A stretch of DNA of 57,519 nucleotides, filler included, from Asterionella formosa (taxonomy: Eukaryota): assembly GCA_002256025.1 (NCBI GenBank). It is 4 parts of 4 records of this genome, joined end to end, with 100 filler letters (N's around TTAATTAATTAA, not from the genome) between each part and the next. Parts side by side here need not be neighbours in the genome. Positions count along the whole stretch, not along the records: positions 28,824 to 43,125 come from NKIB01006077.1; positions 43,226 to 57,519 come from NKIB01006083.1; 2 more parts are not named here. The stretch is one strand, 5' to 3'. This document shows, piece after piece, positions 37,410 through 51,300 of this stretch. Positions within the stretch are counted from its first letter, which is position 1. Every line of letters begins with the position of its first letter. Position numbers and translations under genes: made by a program. The notes beneath the pieces are model-generated. The model made no database searches, was not told the DNA's origin, and worked only from the letters and a program-made list of their open reading frames with translations.

Positions 37410-37880
37410 TTAGATGGTCACTGCAAACAATACTCCTCAGAATCCGGGGATAGCCCATCCATCACCACGCTGACAAGTATATCGCTTGAAAAATCATTTC
37501 CGGAAATAGTCAGCAGCCCACCAGAGTCGCCTTGGCAGCTGTCTTTACCTTGATCAGTGGCAGCACATACTATACCGCTATGTATTTGGCCTTGGTACGA
37601 GTCAAAAGGAAACAGTGCACCTTTTTGAATTTGAACAAGCGTCATTCGAAATGACTTCTATTGAAAACTGGACACCAGTGGCACATGCCATATCGCTATA
37701 TATTTGGCCTTGGTACGAGTCAAGAGGAAACAGTGCACCTTTTTGAATTTGAACAAGCTTGGTCATTCGAAATGACTTCTATCGAAACCTGGAACAAATC
37801 AACTGCTCTGCGACTGCTGGTTGTTTCCATCTGTAAGTCCCCAATCCATTACTATCACTTCAATTCCTGTAGCTGATACA
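37410..37880 (-). pseudogene. Trypsin-like serine protease C-terminal fragment with an internal duplication of about 118 bp
   Basis: VIVMDWGLTD, IEVISND.CSNS, SYQGQI (twice), CAATDQGKDSCQGDSGGLL and PGF*GV, with frameshifts. Confidence 0.8.
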
Positions 37881-38323
37881 CTCAAATCAAAGTTCAATCG
37901 GACAGAAGGGCACAGTTCTTTGTCCAGCCAGCCATTGTATACTCATTTTGTCATGCCTTAAAGTGGACAATTCAACAATAGAAGGATGAAGGTATTCCTT
38001 TGAGTTATATGGTATTCCTTTGAGTTATATAGTGTTTTACCAAATTTGGTCAACACAAACACAAATTTTGCGGTTATGAGTACAGTAATTTATGTTAAAA
38101 TACACATGATGTAATTTTCTTTTTGACTTTGAAGCGCGCCAAGTACCGGCATTAGCATCTGAACCATTTCTTTTCTTTGATTTAGCAGGACACAAGGATT
38201 TGATTGCGAGGTTTAGAGGTCGAGTCCACGTTATTATCAGGGAACGGGATTAGCTTCGAGAAGTAGTCTGATCGCTTCGGATCGACATATATAGCAAGAA
38301 AGTCGGAGAATGGGACAGGACCA

Positions 38324-39824
38324 ATGAACATGAAACGGCAACCTCCAACGTCCAGACATCGACATGATGCTCGACAGAAAGGGGACTTCAAAATGATTCA
38401 TGGCAGCAACGAGGACAGAAAAATTCATGAACAATCAATTTATACTTCATGTAGAAGGATCGTCCTCCATCTCAAATCGAAGAACGCTATCATGGTGACC
38501 TCGATCGGACTCCTCGTGGTGTCTGCCTTCCTTTTGGGATCCGCTGCACACTCTGAGTGCGGCATGCACTCTCCTGTATCCGAACGCGCTCCGGTGAAGA
38601 CGTTCGCCTATCCACGATACCTTCGACATTTGATTAACGAATCAGAGCATGGAGTTGACGTTCGGGCACTTGATTTGAACATGGATATCTATCCTTCAAA
38701 ACGAACACTTCTTGTCGCGAGACATGATCGAGCGCGGCAAGAACATTTAAACAACTCCAAAGACTACAATCACAGGCGAGCTGAAGTATTTGAGACGTCA
38801 GGATGCAAAGCGCAGTATCCATGGCAGCTCATGCAGTTTCCTACGTGCAACTTTATCTTTGAATTTGATATGACTACTGTCTACTCAGAAGAACAGACTA
38901 CTATGCGATCCACTTTGATCGCTAATGGATTCTGGAGAGATGTTTGGATAGTCAAAGAATTCAATGGATCAGAACGAGTTTTGAAGACTCTTCGATACCA
39001 GCACGACTACACGGGCATTAACTACGAAAGGCACAGAAGAGATGCATTGGCAATGGAACGGATGACACAGTCACCTCACGTTGTTGACATTTATGGTTAC
39101 TGTGGCAACTCTGGATTGTTTCAATATGGCACAGGTGGAGACATTCTCGACAGGGTATGGCCTAGAGAACAAGAGCACAACAACATGTCTTTATTGGAGA
39201 AGCTTGAAATAGCTACACAAGTCGCCATGGCAGTGGCAGATTTACATAATTTCGACAAGGAGGGGCAAGCATCGATTGCTCACACTGACATAACGCCATC
39301 ACAATTCATTTTGGTCGACGGTGTGTACAAACTGAATGATTTCAACCGGGCAAGGTTCATAAGATGGTCTGCAAATCATAACAAGCCATGCGGCTATTAT
39401 ATTGGAAAGAATCCGGGCAAGAGTCGCTCACCTGAGGAATATCTTTATGATGAGCAATCAGAAAAGGTAAGTGTAATAATGGCCTTTGCAATCACACATT
39501 GCTCCAGAATTTCTCTAACATTCTATTCTGAATATCAAGGTTGATGTTTACTCCATGGGAAACATATTTTACACGCTGTTGACAGAGCTTTGGCCATTCG
39601 AAAATATCACAGAAAAAGCTGCCCAACAATTGGTTATGGAAGGAATGAGACCAGAAATTCCGATTGATTTACGGCTAGTGAACGACACCATATTTCACAT
39701 TTTGAAAGAAGCAATGAGACTTTGTCACAATCAAAATGCTACAGGACGAGCATCTGCTCGTCAAGTGGAGAAGCTCTTGAAGGACAAACTCTTGGAAGTA
39801 AACAGTAATGCATTGGCTGAATAG
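38324..39824 (+). CDS. Membrane-anchored atypical protein kinase, PKDCC/VLK-like architecture (2 exons)
   Basis: N-terminal TM, IANGFWRDVW, VLKT, RRDALAME, HTDITPSQFILVDG.YKLNDFN and RSPEEY. Intron 39467-39539 restores EKVDVYSMGN. Confidence 0.88.
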
Positions 39825-40549
39825 GGCTTTGGTAGGAAAAGGTGAGTATATCTTCTCGAATCTCGTGCAAGCTTTATTTACGTCACTATATGGAAAAGGA
39901 CTTCGACTTCTGCCCAAGTACTCGGTAGTGCAGTTCTACGCTCCATCCCACATATGTGTACAGCTTGAGTTTTACAGGCTTTACAAAACCGTTGACAGAC
40001 TAGACTACCAGTACTCCAAATAGTAAGTAGTGAGGGGGATGTAAGAGTCAGCAATGTTTACCACTTTGCCATACCGTGCACTTGCCAGTACAAGAATACA
40101 ACATTCTCCTTGCTATTCTTGGCTACATCATGAGGAGACACTACATTTGTCTCACTTTTTGAATTCTCGTAACAATAAGTTTACCACCATCCATCACAAT
40201 TTGATGACCTTTCAATCCTAGATGTATGCATGTATGCCGGTTTTCATTCCGGTACACCTTATTTCCAAATAATATTGCTTCATGTTGCATTCATACAATA
40301 ACCTGCTTCATACAGTAACCGTATATTGAAGATCTGATGCGCGTGCATGATTGAACTCAAAAATTCACAACTGCGTGCACGATCGAAACACGCGTATACA
40401 GTATGTCCGAAAAGCCTGTATCTGGTACTCGGAGTACCAGTACCTGGTTCCACCCTAAAAACCGAGAGTCATCCTTATTTTACTCAAATTATTTTAGTCC
40501 GATTGCATGGTAATGTTGAAGCAAGTACGATGATTATTGTAGCTCGTCC

Positions 40550-41610
40550 TCTCAGACACTTCTAGATCTAATTATAACTTGGGTGAAGTCAATATTTCTT
40601 GAGATATAAAAGTTTCTAATGTCATTGTTTTGCCTCACAGCACCTTCGACACTAGTGAAGGACACTCCATCATTCACAGGGCCAATTGTCTTAAGTAATT
40701 TTCGCGGGTCCTGCTTCCATTTGATCAATAAATTGTAAGCTCCTGTCAATTTTGTTGGTTAATTGTTTTGTCCTTGTAGGTAGTCATTCTCCAGATTCTC
40801 AATTAGTTGGCCAAAAAGCCTTGTGTTGGCACCAAGAATAAATGCCACAGCCAAGAACCTTCTTTGTGCTTCTTTTCTTTAATGTTAGCCTATCAATGTG
40901 GGTGGCCAGTTCAGGGTTGATGTCGAGCTCAGTCATAATCAGTTTTTCTAGTCCAGGTTCAAATACCACACCTGTTTGGTCTTCTATTTTCCTTGCATCA
41001 TGGAATAGAAGCATTTCATTGATTCATACATTGAATGTGGCAAGTATTTCTGGCTATGGAAGTTAAAAGCCATGTTCTTTATGGCCTTGAGAAGAGATGG
41101 ACCATCACCTTCATTTGACATCCCATTGAAGTCAAGTAGTGCCTCGTTATTTTGACGCGTTATGTCAGTAAATTGCCCCCATACCAATGAATAGAGGGTC
41201 TCTATCATGTTTTCATTGAGATAAGTAATCCGCTTGACATACTCATCTACTTGTTTCGCCCAGATGCGCTCTTGGATCCTGGTTGCGCCAGCTGGTGGGT
41301 CTGATGGCTCACTGATAGAGGGTAGCTCATACTCAGCAAGCAACCTCCTTGGTGGTCATCACAAACAGATCTGACTGTTGAGCATCTGAATAGTCTTTAA
41401 TGTGACCATTGATTTCGTCGCATTTTCCTTCAAAGTTTGTGTGCCTTGGCACAGTGATTTTCTGATATGTATTCCTAGTAGTAGGCCGGAAGGGTGGCTT
41501 CTTCTTCCTGCCCCCTTGTATTTCCTTGTATTCCTTTTGGGTTGCAGTTCCGCTTGCACCACCATCATTGGCAGTTGTGCAGGTGTGACTTGAATTAAGT
41601 TGTGTCAATA
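40550..41610 (-). mobile_element. Degenerate Ty1/copia gag fragment
   Basis: FEGKCDEINGHI..YSDAQQSDLF..TTKEVA, IWAKQVDEYVKR..YLNEN...LYSLVWGQ and LLKAIK..AFNF.SQKY resemble diatom copia Gag. Multiple frameshifts. Confidence 0.7.
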
Positions 41611-42767
41611 AGACAATAACGTCCAGAAGACAAAGGGAGGTTTAATCGATGTAAACCAGATAATTATAAAGAATGAGCACAGCTCATGTATTATATATAG
41701 CTACCTATTTTGACACCTTTGTTGGTGATGCTTCACTGACCAGCAACATGGACTTATTCTGTTTCTTTTTGGTCACACTAATCCATCCAGTATCTTCATT
41801 TTAGTCTGATGAGTCCGCTTCCGTATTTTCTAACAGCAGGCATGATGATAGCCTTTGTGATTTCATGTACTAGGTCAAAAGCTGAGCCTAGTACCACATG
41901 TACAGGTAGGCAACCCTATGTAAAGCTACATCTGTGCGGCCACATTCACAGGACTGGCTGGCAATGTATACTATTCACAATCATCAATTCGTAAATGCAT
42001 CTGTTCTATGTCATATATATAGCATGCTGATCCACTTATATTGTCATTTATGCAACAGACAGATATTGAAATATATCCATCTAAATAAAATTGCTTTGAA
42101 TTTTAAAGACACATACCATCCTACAGGTAGTAGCTATGCCAGCAGCATCAAGAGTAGTAAGTTTATGTCATGTGAACTAATTGGGCATTCTTGTGGTCAG
42201 GTCATACATCTTTATTGGCATCATTCTAGGAGATATAAACCGACCTGGAGATTATAACATAGCTATGGTTACATGACATTACTATTGGACAACAATGTTA
42301 AAAATGTATTCCGGTGTCTAACCCGATAATGTCAATGCACATTAGGGGTACGAAGACACAATAATTTCTTGAGAATCAAGTTAACGGTAAATAGACATTT
42401 TCGAACCCGGATATCACAAAAGAAATGCCTACGCACTTTTCAGTTAATTCGCGGGGTATTTTACATTATTGGGGGAGGAATTATGACTAAGCCTTTATGG
42501 TAATCCCAAAAAGCTCATTTGACGTAGGAAATTGTCCCATGAAGATCAAGCGCACCCCATGAGGTAAATATTGGTCCCTTGTGTTGGGCCCTACATGCAC
42601 GAGAGACGCATTATTTAGAACAGCGATGTCGAAGTCGCCCACTGCCAAATCACGTACCGGTAGTTCGTTCCTTCATATGACCCTTGTCCCAATTTACTCA
42701 ATTGAAGCCACAGAACAAGACGCTTCCGAACATAGCCCACGGATAGTTGCCCAGGGTTGACATTCCA

Positions 42768-43125
42768 ATGAGCACAATGAATATCGACAATGGACGCAGC
42801 GGGATATTTTCATATCCACCTGATTCGCATGAGCGACGGTTACAAGAACAGCAGAGGATGAGACTTCTCCGCATCTGCTTGGGTGTAACTTTGGTCGGAT
42901 TCCTGATCTTTGTCATTGTCGACTCAATGACGTCTCATAAAATCAAGGCAGAATCGGTTCATTTTTTGGAATGGGTAGAGGTTAACCCCTGGATGGGCGT
43001 TTTCGCCATCATCTTGGTTTATACAATTGCAACAAGTAAGCACAAGGGATGATAGAACGGTTTACCAATGCCCAACCAATCATGCTCACTTGCCTTGAAG
43101 TTCTTTTCATTCCAGGATCAATCCT
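42768..43125 (+). CDS. TVP38/TMEM64 (DedA/VTT) family membrane protein, 5' part, truncated by the gap
   Basis: FLEWVEVNPWMGVFAIILVYTIAT, intron 43036-43100, then ILFIPGSIL. Confidence 0.85.
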
Positions 43126-43225
43126 NNNNNNNNNNNNNNNNNNNNNNNNNNNNNNNNNNNNNNNNNNNNTTAATTAATTAANNNNNNNNNNNNNNNNNNN
43201 NNNNNNNNNNNNNNNNNNNNNNNNN
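43126..43225. other. Artificial contig linker
   Basis: N...TTAATTAATTAA...N. Confidence 0.95.
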
Positions 43226-45616
43226 AATAAACGGGAGTCATCACCAATTTTTCAAATGGTCGAAATCATACATTTATTTATATAGACATATCGACCAAAA
43301 TTCATATGGCCTACCGGTAGTACTGTATAATTGCTGGTAACTACTTCCATTATGGAAATACCACAATAGTGAAGCGGAAAACTGAATATGCTAATGTGTT
43401 TAGGATCATTTGATCATAGTTTTAAGATCAATTAATCCTGATTCTTGAGAATAAATGTTGATTGTTCATTTTCTCATCAACGACACCGTTCATCATATGA
43501 TCAATATGTTATGATCAAAGTTATAGGATAAACGAATCAAGAATCATTGATTAAAGATCATAGTTTATACCGTAGTAGTCGTTGCTCATGCATGCAACAA
43601 CCCCTTCTTCCCCTGTATACAGTCCGGAAGTGATAACTCCCAAGCTACCAAATTTTTGTGTATTGTAAGAATTATCGCAGTATGCATGCATACTACATGA
43701 CTCCTACTGGTATATACAATGCGGGAGTAATGACAACCAGACTACCAATCCTATAGGTCCTGTAGAATTATCGCAACATGGCTGCATATCTAATGAAAGG
43801 GCGGGAGGAATCATCCATGCACATGTATAGTATGAAATATGGAAATGATCAAATATAGCTAGTCTACACAAGGAGCAGTGCATCATATATGCCCTGCTGT
43901 TGTTATTTAATTCCTATGAAATCTCGCTCTTTATCTGTTCTGCGCTTTTTCGCCACAAATGTTTTCATTGGCTGTTTCACTGGACAGCATTCGATTTGAT
44001 TGTGCTTTGAACGAAGCAATGATCAAAGTCCACCCCATTGCAGAATGAAGAGTGTGAGTCTCACAACTAAGTATCAGCCAGTCGATTAAAATTGGACTGT
44101 CTTTTGTGCACCCTCGTTGTGTTTGTACTTGACTTGGCAGCTGTCAGCCAAGAGCAGCCAGCCATGGTATGCCACCATCTATAGTCTATACAAGTTTCGA
44201 ATGCGTTCAGCTATATAACTTTTGCTCCCCCCTGCCTCCTAAACACTATCTCACAACGCACCCTTGTCATAGATTTTTCTTTATCTTTTGGCTTCACAGG
44301 CCCAGGTTACTCAATGCCTTCATCTGCAAGGAGTTCAGCCAAGCAGGTCCACGTTGGCGTCAAGAAAACCTCACCCAGATTTTCCTCACATGCTCCACAC
44401 ATTGACTTCTTCATTGATGAAGTCGAGGTAGCTATATTATGATGGTTTTTTATTTGCAGATGTATCTACATCCCTGTTATCTTCCAGCATGCTCCAGTGT
44501 ATACAAAATCTGGTCATTGATGTCTCAAATACTGACTCTTCATCAAGTGAATCTGGCTGGTTTTTGGATAATTCGACTTCTCATATGATTCATATCGTTG
44601 CATCATGCTTGCTTCATCACAGTGGTGCCAAAATTTCGGTTCCCCTTTCTGTTGATTTCCGATAGCCTTTCCGGCCAAATAATTCTCTAGTAGATTTGAT
44701 ATGTTGTGATAAATAAAAAATGATTGTTCAAAAGCGACCTCAATGAGTCGTTGGGTATCAAAACTCGAAACGTTGTCATAGGTCAAAGTTAGGCTTCCAT
44801 CTTGTCATTGAACCAGTATTTTCGTCAGATATGATCAGCCGTTAAATGTTAACTATATTTTTGTAGTATGTTTTCTACGTGTTCTACACTATCTCAAATC
44901 AGATATAACAATGCAGGTCTAAATTGGGTTCAGCATTTTTTCTTCTTCTTCTTTCGGTCTTGGATTGTGTGGTGATGGAAAGTCAAGCAATGTTGCCTGT
45001 GTAAGTACCACAATGATTCACAATGCATGCGTCTCCATTGAAACTCCTATTTTTTACTTCATTTCTAACCCAAAACAATTTTTTCTATTTCTTATTTGAT
45101 GCAACTTATTACGTCGCATTTCATAGCTTGGTTGCTCCAAACGTCATGTTCAATTTTCATTCATGTTGCATGTTGTTACAATCATTCTCGTGTGTTTTAC
45201 GCTTGTTGTACCATCTCCATGCATATTTACCGTTATTCTGGTTGTCATGCTTAAAAATCGGCAATTTTAATGCCGAAAAATTCGATGTGCCCCTTATTGC
45301 CCCTAAATAAAAATTACTTAAGAAACTACTTAGAGCCTAAAAATTACTTAAAAAGTACCCGAATGGCAAGACGATAGCTATTAGGGTGGGGATTGCTGGT
45401 ATACTTCTTGTTACGTATTTCGTCTTAGGTACACCATTGTTCTTGTTCTGTCCTATGTACCGGGCGTGGGGGGGGAGGGGGTACCCTGGTACCGATATAC
45501 CGGACTTTAGGTCCGTCAGCCATCAGTCCATGTCAGTTGTTTGCCTTGACCCCATCACCATTCTTAGGAAAACACATTTTCGCCGTGAAGTACAAAGGAA
45601 TTGAATCGTTTTGACC

Positions 45617-46090
45617 ATGGCACCATCTCAATCTCTCAAGTCCCTTCAGCAATCCAAGTCTGCTATTCAAGATATTCATACGCAACTGAAACCATTTCTC
45701 TCTCGACTCAAGGAGGAAAACGATGGTCATTTGAAAGCTCAAGCACAAGCGGCAGTCGCCCTGTCAATCGGGACGCTTCGCTATATAGAAGCTCGATTGA
45801 AGGGAAAGGATGAAGGTAGGAAGGCGGAGGATCCTCTGCGACAAGAATTGAATCACATTCGTAAAATATTGGCGGACATTGAAAAAAAGGGCATGGCTGA
45901 CGCCGCAAAAGCACAGAAGGAAAGGTTGCAACAAAACAGCAAAGTTAGAGTACCCAAGACAGAACGTACCAAGGATTTAAGCGAGATGACCACAACAAAG
46001 ACTTTTTCAGGGGAGACTCTTGGAGGCGAAAAGAGATCGTCGCTGTCACAAACAGTTCCTGAAACACAGCAAAAGCGACGAAAGCTATGA
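45617..46090 (+). CDS. C1D/Rrp47 (Sas10/Utp3/C1D family) protein
   Basis: AQAQAAVALSIGTLRYIEARLKG...DPLRQELNHIRK pattern, with a basic C-terminal NLS KRRKL. Confidence 0.75.
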   Translation: MAPSQSLKSLQQSKSAIQDIHTQLKPFLSRLKEENDGHLKAQAQAAVALSIGTLRYIEARLKGKDEGRKAEDPLRQELNHIRKILADIEKKGMADAAKAQKERLQQNSKVRVPKTERTKDLSEMTTTKTFSGETLGGEKRSSLSQTVPETQQKRRKL

Positions 46091-47689
46091 ACTATTGTTT
46101 CTAAGATTTTTCTCCCACTTCTGATAGACTTTGACAGCCAGTGTTCAAAAAATGTCTCCACCTCGTTACTAAGTAAGTAACTCAGGTGGGCATTTATGCA
46201 TCAATCTACCACTCCTTGTTGGTCCGTCATGCTGAAATGGTCAATACTGGGGCGATTTCCGGTACTTAAATTTGTTCGTATCGTTGTGAAATTTACACTA
46301 TCAACAAGGAAGATTAATTTGTAAATAGGACAAATAAGAACTTGATACAACCACGGAAGAAGAAAATAATGGCTAGCTTGATTGCATCTGTACTGATTGT
46401 CACGTGGTAGGAAAAGCTACCTGCTGCAAGTAGGATAAACCAGTGCTTGTAGAGCAATTGTTGTTGCAAGCAGCACCTTGTAAAGTGACCATTGCATGTT
46501 GTGAAGAAATATTGCTTAACTGGAAAGTGCCTTTTTGCTGCATCACTGAATGTTGTGCTCTCTTTTGATATATATGCCGCTTCGTCATGTTTATTTTACA
46601 TTTGTAGCATTATCTGGGGAGGCAATGAAATTGGGCATGAGTTTCGTTAAAAGCTTCGTACTCCTTCCCATCTGACGGGTATCTCCTTACATAAAACTAA
46701 CTCGTTGCAGTTATAGTACTTATATACCTATCGTTGCTAGCCTTCTTGCTAGTTTTCGCAGTTGACCTTTCTCTGTCAATTCTCACTGTTTCTTTAACTA
46801 ATAAGCTTACTCTAAAAGCATAGTGTCAATCCCATTCATCGCACTTTGAGAACTTGTTCTTCGTGTTCCTGTTTCGTTTTTGCAAACCTTCTTCTGATTG
46901 ATCTGAAACATCAATCTCATTAACTAGTTTCTTGACATGGGACTCCATTTGATTCATCGGACTATAAGCGAGTCCAAAATTCTCGTGACTCCATAATATC
47001 CATTGATACTATATTCTTGACAGATTTTGTCCAGCCTGCAATTTGTTCTCCCTCAGTGGATGAGGCCAATCAGCTTCTGTTAATGAGCCCTCCCGTGTAA
47101 TACAAAGCATTACCATGCTTATTTACAGGTCGGTTCATGGATTCCACATGGCAGGAGATTTCTTTTCCCTGCATCCTTCACCCTGTCGCTTCATCGTCTA
47201 CTTTCTCCTAAGGATTGGATGCCAGCATTAGTGATTCTCAAAAGATCTCTGGATGCAAATGATAAATTCATCTCCCATCACTATTAGTCATACCAAGGAA
47301 TGTAATAGGATGATTGGACACAATCATTACATATTGCTGTAAAAAGGATCATTCCACTTCTTTATGTAACAATTGGAGAAATTCTATGAAACAGCATGGA
47401 CCCAGAAGGGAATCATATTTTCGATGCAATAGTACCTCATGGGACTACAAGAAGTGCAATTATTCTAGTGGGCTGATAGCAAAATGCCTTGATCATGGAT
47501 ATGGTCTGTTTCAACTTGATAAAGCTTATTCATGGTTTACTTTCTACTATCAATGAAGGAAATCAGGCTAGTATGGATCAAAATTATCATCAACTTGGCA
47601 TCCCAAAGAAGCCTTCTATTGCTTTCTGTATCCTTTAATGCCAGGGACCAAATAGGCTGTAGATATGGACAATGGTTGATTGTAATCAT

Positions 47690-48030
47690 TCCTAATAGAT
47701 TTTTTAGATTCATGATTTTTACTTGCGGTGTTGTTTGTTTTCGAATTCTGATCTTGGTATCCTTTTTGATTCATTTGAGTCAATGTGCTTGTGTGTATAT
47801 GTAGGGAAATTTCAATACTGGGATGGATGTCTCCTTAAATAATTTCTCCAACCAATCCCTGCTGGACAAGGATGCTCACCTTGATTTCATAATTTGTGTA
47901 CAAAAATGAATGTATTTCATACCAACCAATGGTTTTATCATCTAATCTTCAATCATTGCATCCGTTGGACCTTAATACTCAATCTGTAATTCCCTTCTTT
48001 CAAATAGATCAGTGATGTAAAGTATCTTAA
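47690..48030 (-). mobile_element. Inverted 3' fragment (RNase H end plus LTR start) of the same copia family as 48385-52345
   Basis: Minus strand YITDLFERRELQIEY..PTDAMI...KPLVG. GTGAGCATCC.TGTCCAGCAGG and CAGAATTCGAAAACAA.CAACA match 52171-52320. Confidence 0.8.
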
Positions 48031-48384
48031 AAATAGTTTAAGAGGGGCTATCAAGCTTTTAAAAATATCTACGATAATAGAACTGCACTTTCTCTCCAGA
48101 AATAAGGTCCTTACCATAGCTGAAGATAGAACATACCCCTAAGTCGACCAATGAATTATATTAAACCCCAAGAAGTTGTATTTTCCTGTAGGCCTCTGGT
48201 ATGTGTCTTATGGGTCATTTTAATACTGGCACGGTATTGATCTGAAAATACTAGTGGAAGCACCGTGTTACAACAGTATTTGCCAGTAGCAAAATTAAGC
48301 CCTTGTGTCCATCTATTTGGTGGGCCCAAGCGCAATTATTGGATAGCTTTAATGTACTGTAAAATTTCGTTGACATTCTTTTTA

Positions 48385-51300
48385 AGAGAGAGAACAAAAG
48401 GATGCCCGGAATGAAGATGAAGATGTTATCTTATCGTTTGCACAGTTAGAAGGAAAATGTTACTGCTGTGGAAGAGCTGGACATAAATCACCGTCATGTC
48501 GCAAAAAGAATAAACCCAAAGAGGAATGGGCAATCAACAAGGCCCAACAAAGCCATGCACAGGCTACTACATCGGAAATGAGTACGGTTACCTCTGTTAA
48601 TATCAACAACCCACCATCATCACAAGCTTCACAACAAGCGAATGTCAATCGAGTTGGATGGGCGGGAGCTCATATCAAACTACAATTTGATCAAGCATCT
48701 GAGATGCGAGACTGGATACTATTGGATAATCAATCAAGTGTCACAGTTTTTGGCAATTTAAAAATGGTTGAAAACATTCGAGTGCCGACTAACGGAAGCT
48801 TGCACCTGGCCACAAATGGTGGATCCATGGTCACTAATATGAAGGCTGATCTTCCACAATAGGGAGAAGTATTATTCAATGACAAGGCAATCAACAACAT
48901 CTTCAGTTGTGCCGAAATGACAGATAGATACAGGATTATCTTCAACTCTGAGAAAGAAGATGCATTATTGTTCATTTGCCTGACAAACCAGTTCGATTTG
49001 AAAGAATTGGAATGAATCTATACATTTTCAAGCCTCCCACAACTGTTAAGGCTGAGAATGCTCAAATGTTAAATACAGTTGAAGAAAAAAAACCTTCTAC
49101 ACTGAACGTCGATTTGAGAGAGCCAAGCGAGCTCGTGATCTATTTCATGCCTTGGGCACGCCATCAATTAACGATTTCAAGGCAATAACTTGTTTGAATA
49201 CAATCAACAACAATCCAGTGACTAAGGATGATGTCAAGATTGCCGAGAAAATTTTCGGACCTGACGTCGGAACACTAAAAGGCAAGACAACTCGTTGCAA
49301 GCTGCTGCCAGTCGTGAATGACTACATCGAGATTCCTAAGTATCTTATCAAAGCTCAATGTGAAGTGACTCTTTGCATGGATGGAATGAAATCGAATGCA
49401 CAATCATTTCATACAAAAATTTCTCGAAACATTATGTATAGGACAGCGCAATGGGTCAAGAATCAGACAGCTGATGTCTATCGAGATGCTTTGACTCAGG
49501 TATTCCGTGTTTACAACACCAGAGGATTTAGAATTACAACAATCCACTGTGACAACGAGTTTCGACCTTTGGTGGAACAACTTTCCAATGACCTTCAAGT
49601 GACTATGAATTATGCAAACGCACAAGATTACCTTTCAAAATTTTGCCATGACTGATGATTAAGATTCTAGTCACAGAATCGGCAAAGAAACTGAATTTCT
49701 TTCCGGCAAAGAACGGGATATTCCCTTATTACAGTCCTCGTATGATTCTACATCAACAAAAACTGGACTATGCTTGACATTGCCAGTATACATTTCGCAC
49801 TTATGTCCAAGCACATGACGAACCGGTGTTTTCAAATACTAATGCACCATGCAGCCTAGATCGCATTTATCTACGCTACAATGAGAATGTGCAAGGAGGT
49901 CATGAGTTACAAAACCTACCAACGAATCCATTGATCACTAGAGCAATAATAGAACAAGTACATGCCCTTGCTGTGCAGGAAAATATGCGAGATGTTCTCA
50001 AGATATCTAATCGAACGGGACAACTATTTAACAATAGTGCTTGGATTGCAGGAGTGGATTATGACAATGAAGCATTTGAAGATGCAAAAGATGAGGATTA
50101 TGAAGATCAACAAGCTAGTGATGGTGAAAGTCATGATGAACTGCTCAGATAAGACTATGATGAAATGACTCCGGATGAAATATATGAAGCAGAACAGTTT
50201 GAATTAAACCATATCCAAGAGGATGACCCTGAACCTGAGGGCAATAATGAAAATAATGTTGAAATGAATGCAGATGAAATCCAAGACGAGGATGAAGAAC
50301 CAGTAAATGAAAATGAAATGAAGACGCAATGTTAGAAGTCAATCCAAGCACTGAGGATGACACAGACACCAAATTTTAGAACTACAAGGTCTGGAAGAGT
50401 CTCAAGACCACCATCAAAACTATCTATGGTCCAAAATCATTTGCCAACCCAAGCACACTGTCAAGAAGAATACAAAACTGACCGAAAGTGATCGCAATGA
50501 AAATGTGTTATTTGAATGAGATGTCTAGCTATCGATTAAGAAGCATTTCACTTTGTTCAGTCATACAACTTATCAAAAGGCCTCAAGAAATTTGGCCAGA
50601 AAGGAAGGGATGCTGCATATGAGGTAATGAAACAACTACATGACATAGTTGTATTTGAACCGATTAGGATTGAAGACCTAACAGATCGAGAAGCGACGTG
50701 CAATGGAAAGTCTAATTGTTTTGGTTGAAAAGAGATACAAGAGTATTAAAGGCAGAGCTTGTGAAAATTGCAGTTCGCAACGTGAATATATGGAGAGAGA
50801 TGAAGCAGATAGTCCAACTACCATGACTGAATCTGTTATGACAATGGCAACAATTGATGCGAAGCAAAATCGCGATGTTATGATGGCAGATATACCCAAT
50901 GCATTTGTGCAAGTGGATAACGATGAGAAAGAAAAAGAAAAAGGGAACAAATCATTATGAAGATTAGAGGTTTACTTGTCAATATGTTGTCGGAACTCAG
51001 CCACGAGACTCATGAAAAATATGTTTGTTATGAAGGCAATAACAAGGTCCTATATGTAAGGATGATCAAGGCATTATATGGCATGTTACAGTCATCATTG
51101 TTCTATTACAAGAAACTTCGGAAGGATATTGAGTCAATTGGATTCAAGGTCAATCCATATGATCTATGCGTTGCAAATCGCATTGTTAATGGCAAACAGC
51201 ACACAGTTACTTGCCACATAGACCATTTGAAATCTAGTCAAGTGGACAGCAAAGTGAATGATCAATTTTTGGAATGGCTCAAAACGAAATACGCTTCTGA

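Noticed and set aside
43900..45360. Possible decayed element ending in AAAATTACTTA repeats
   Set aside because: No recognisable protein motif or paired terminus.
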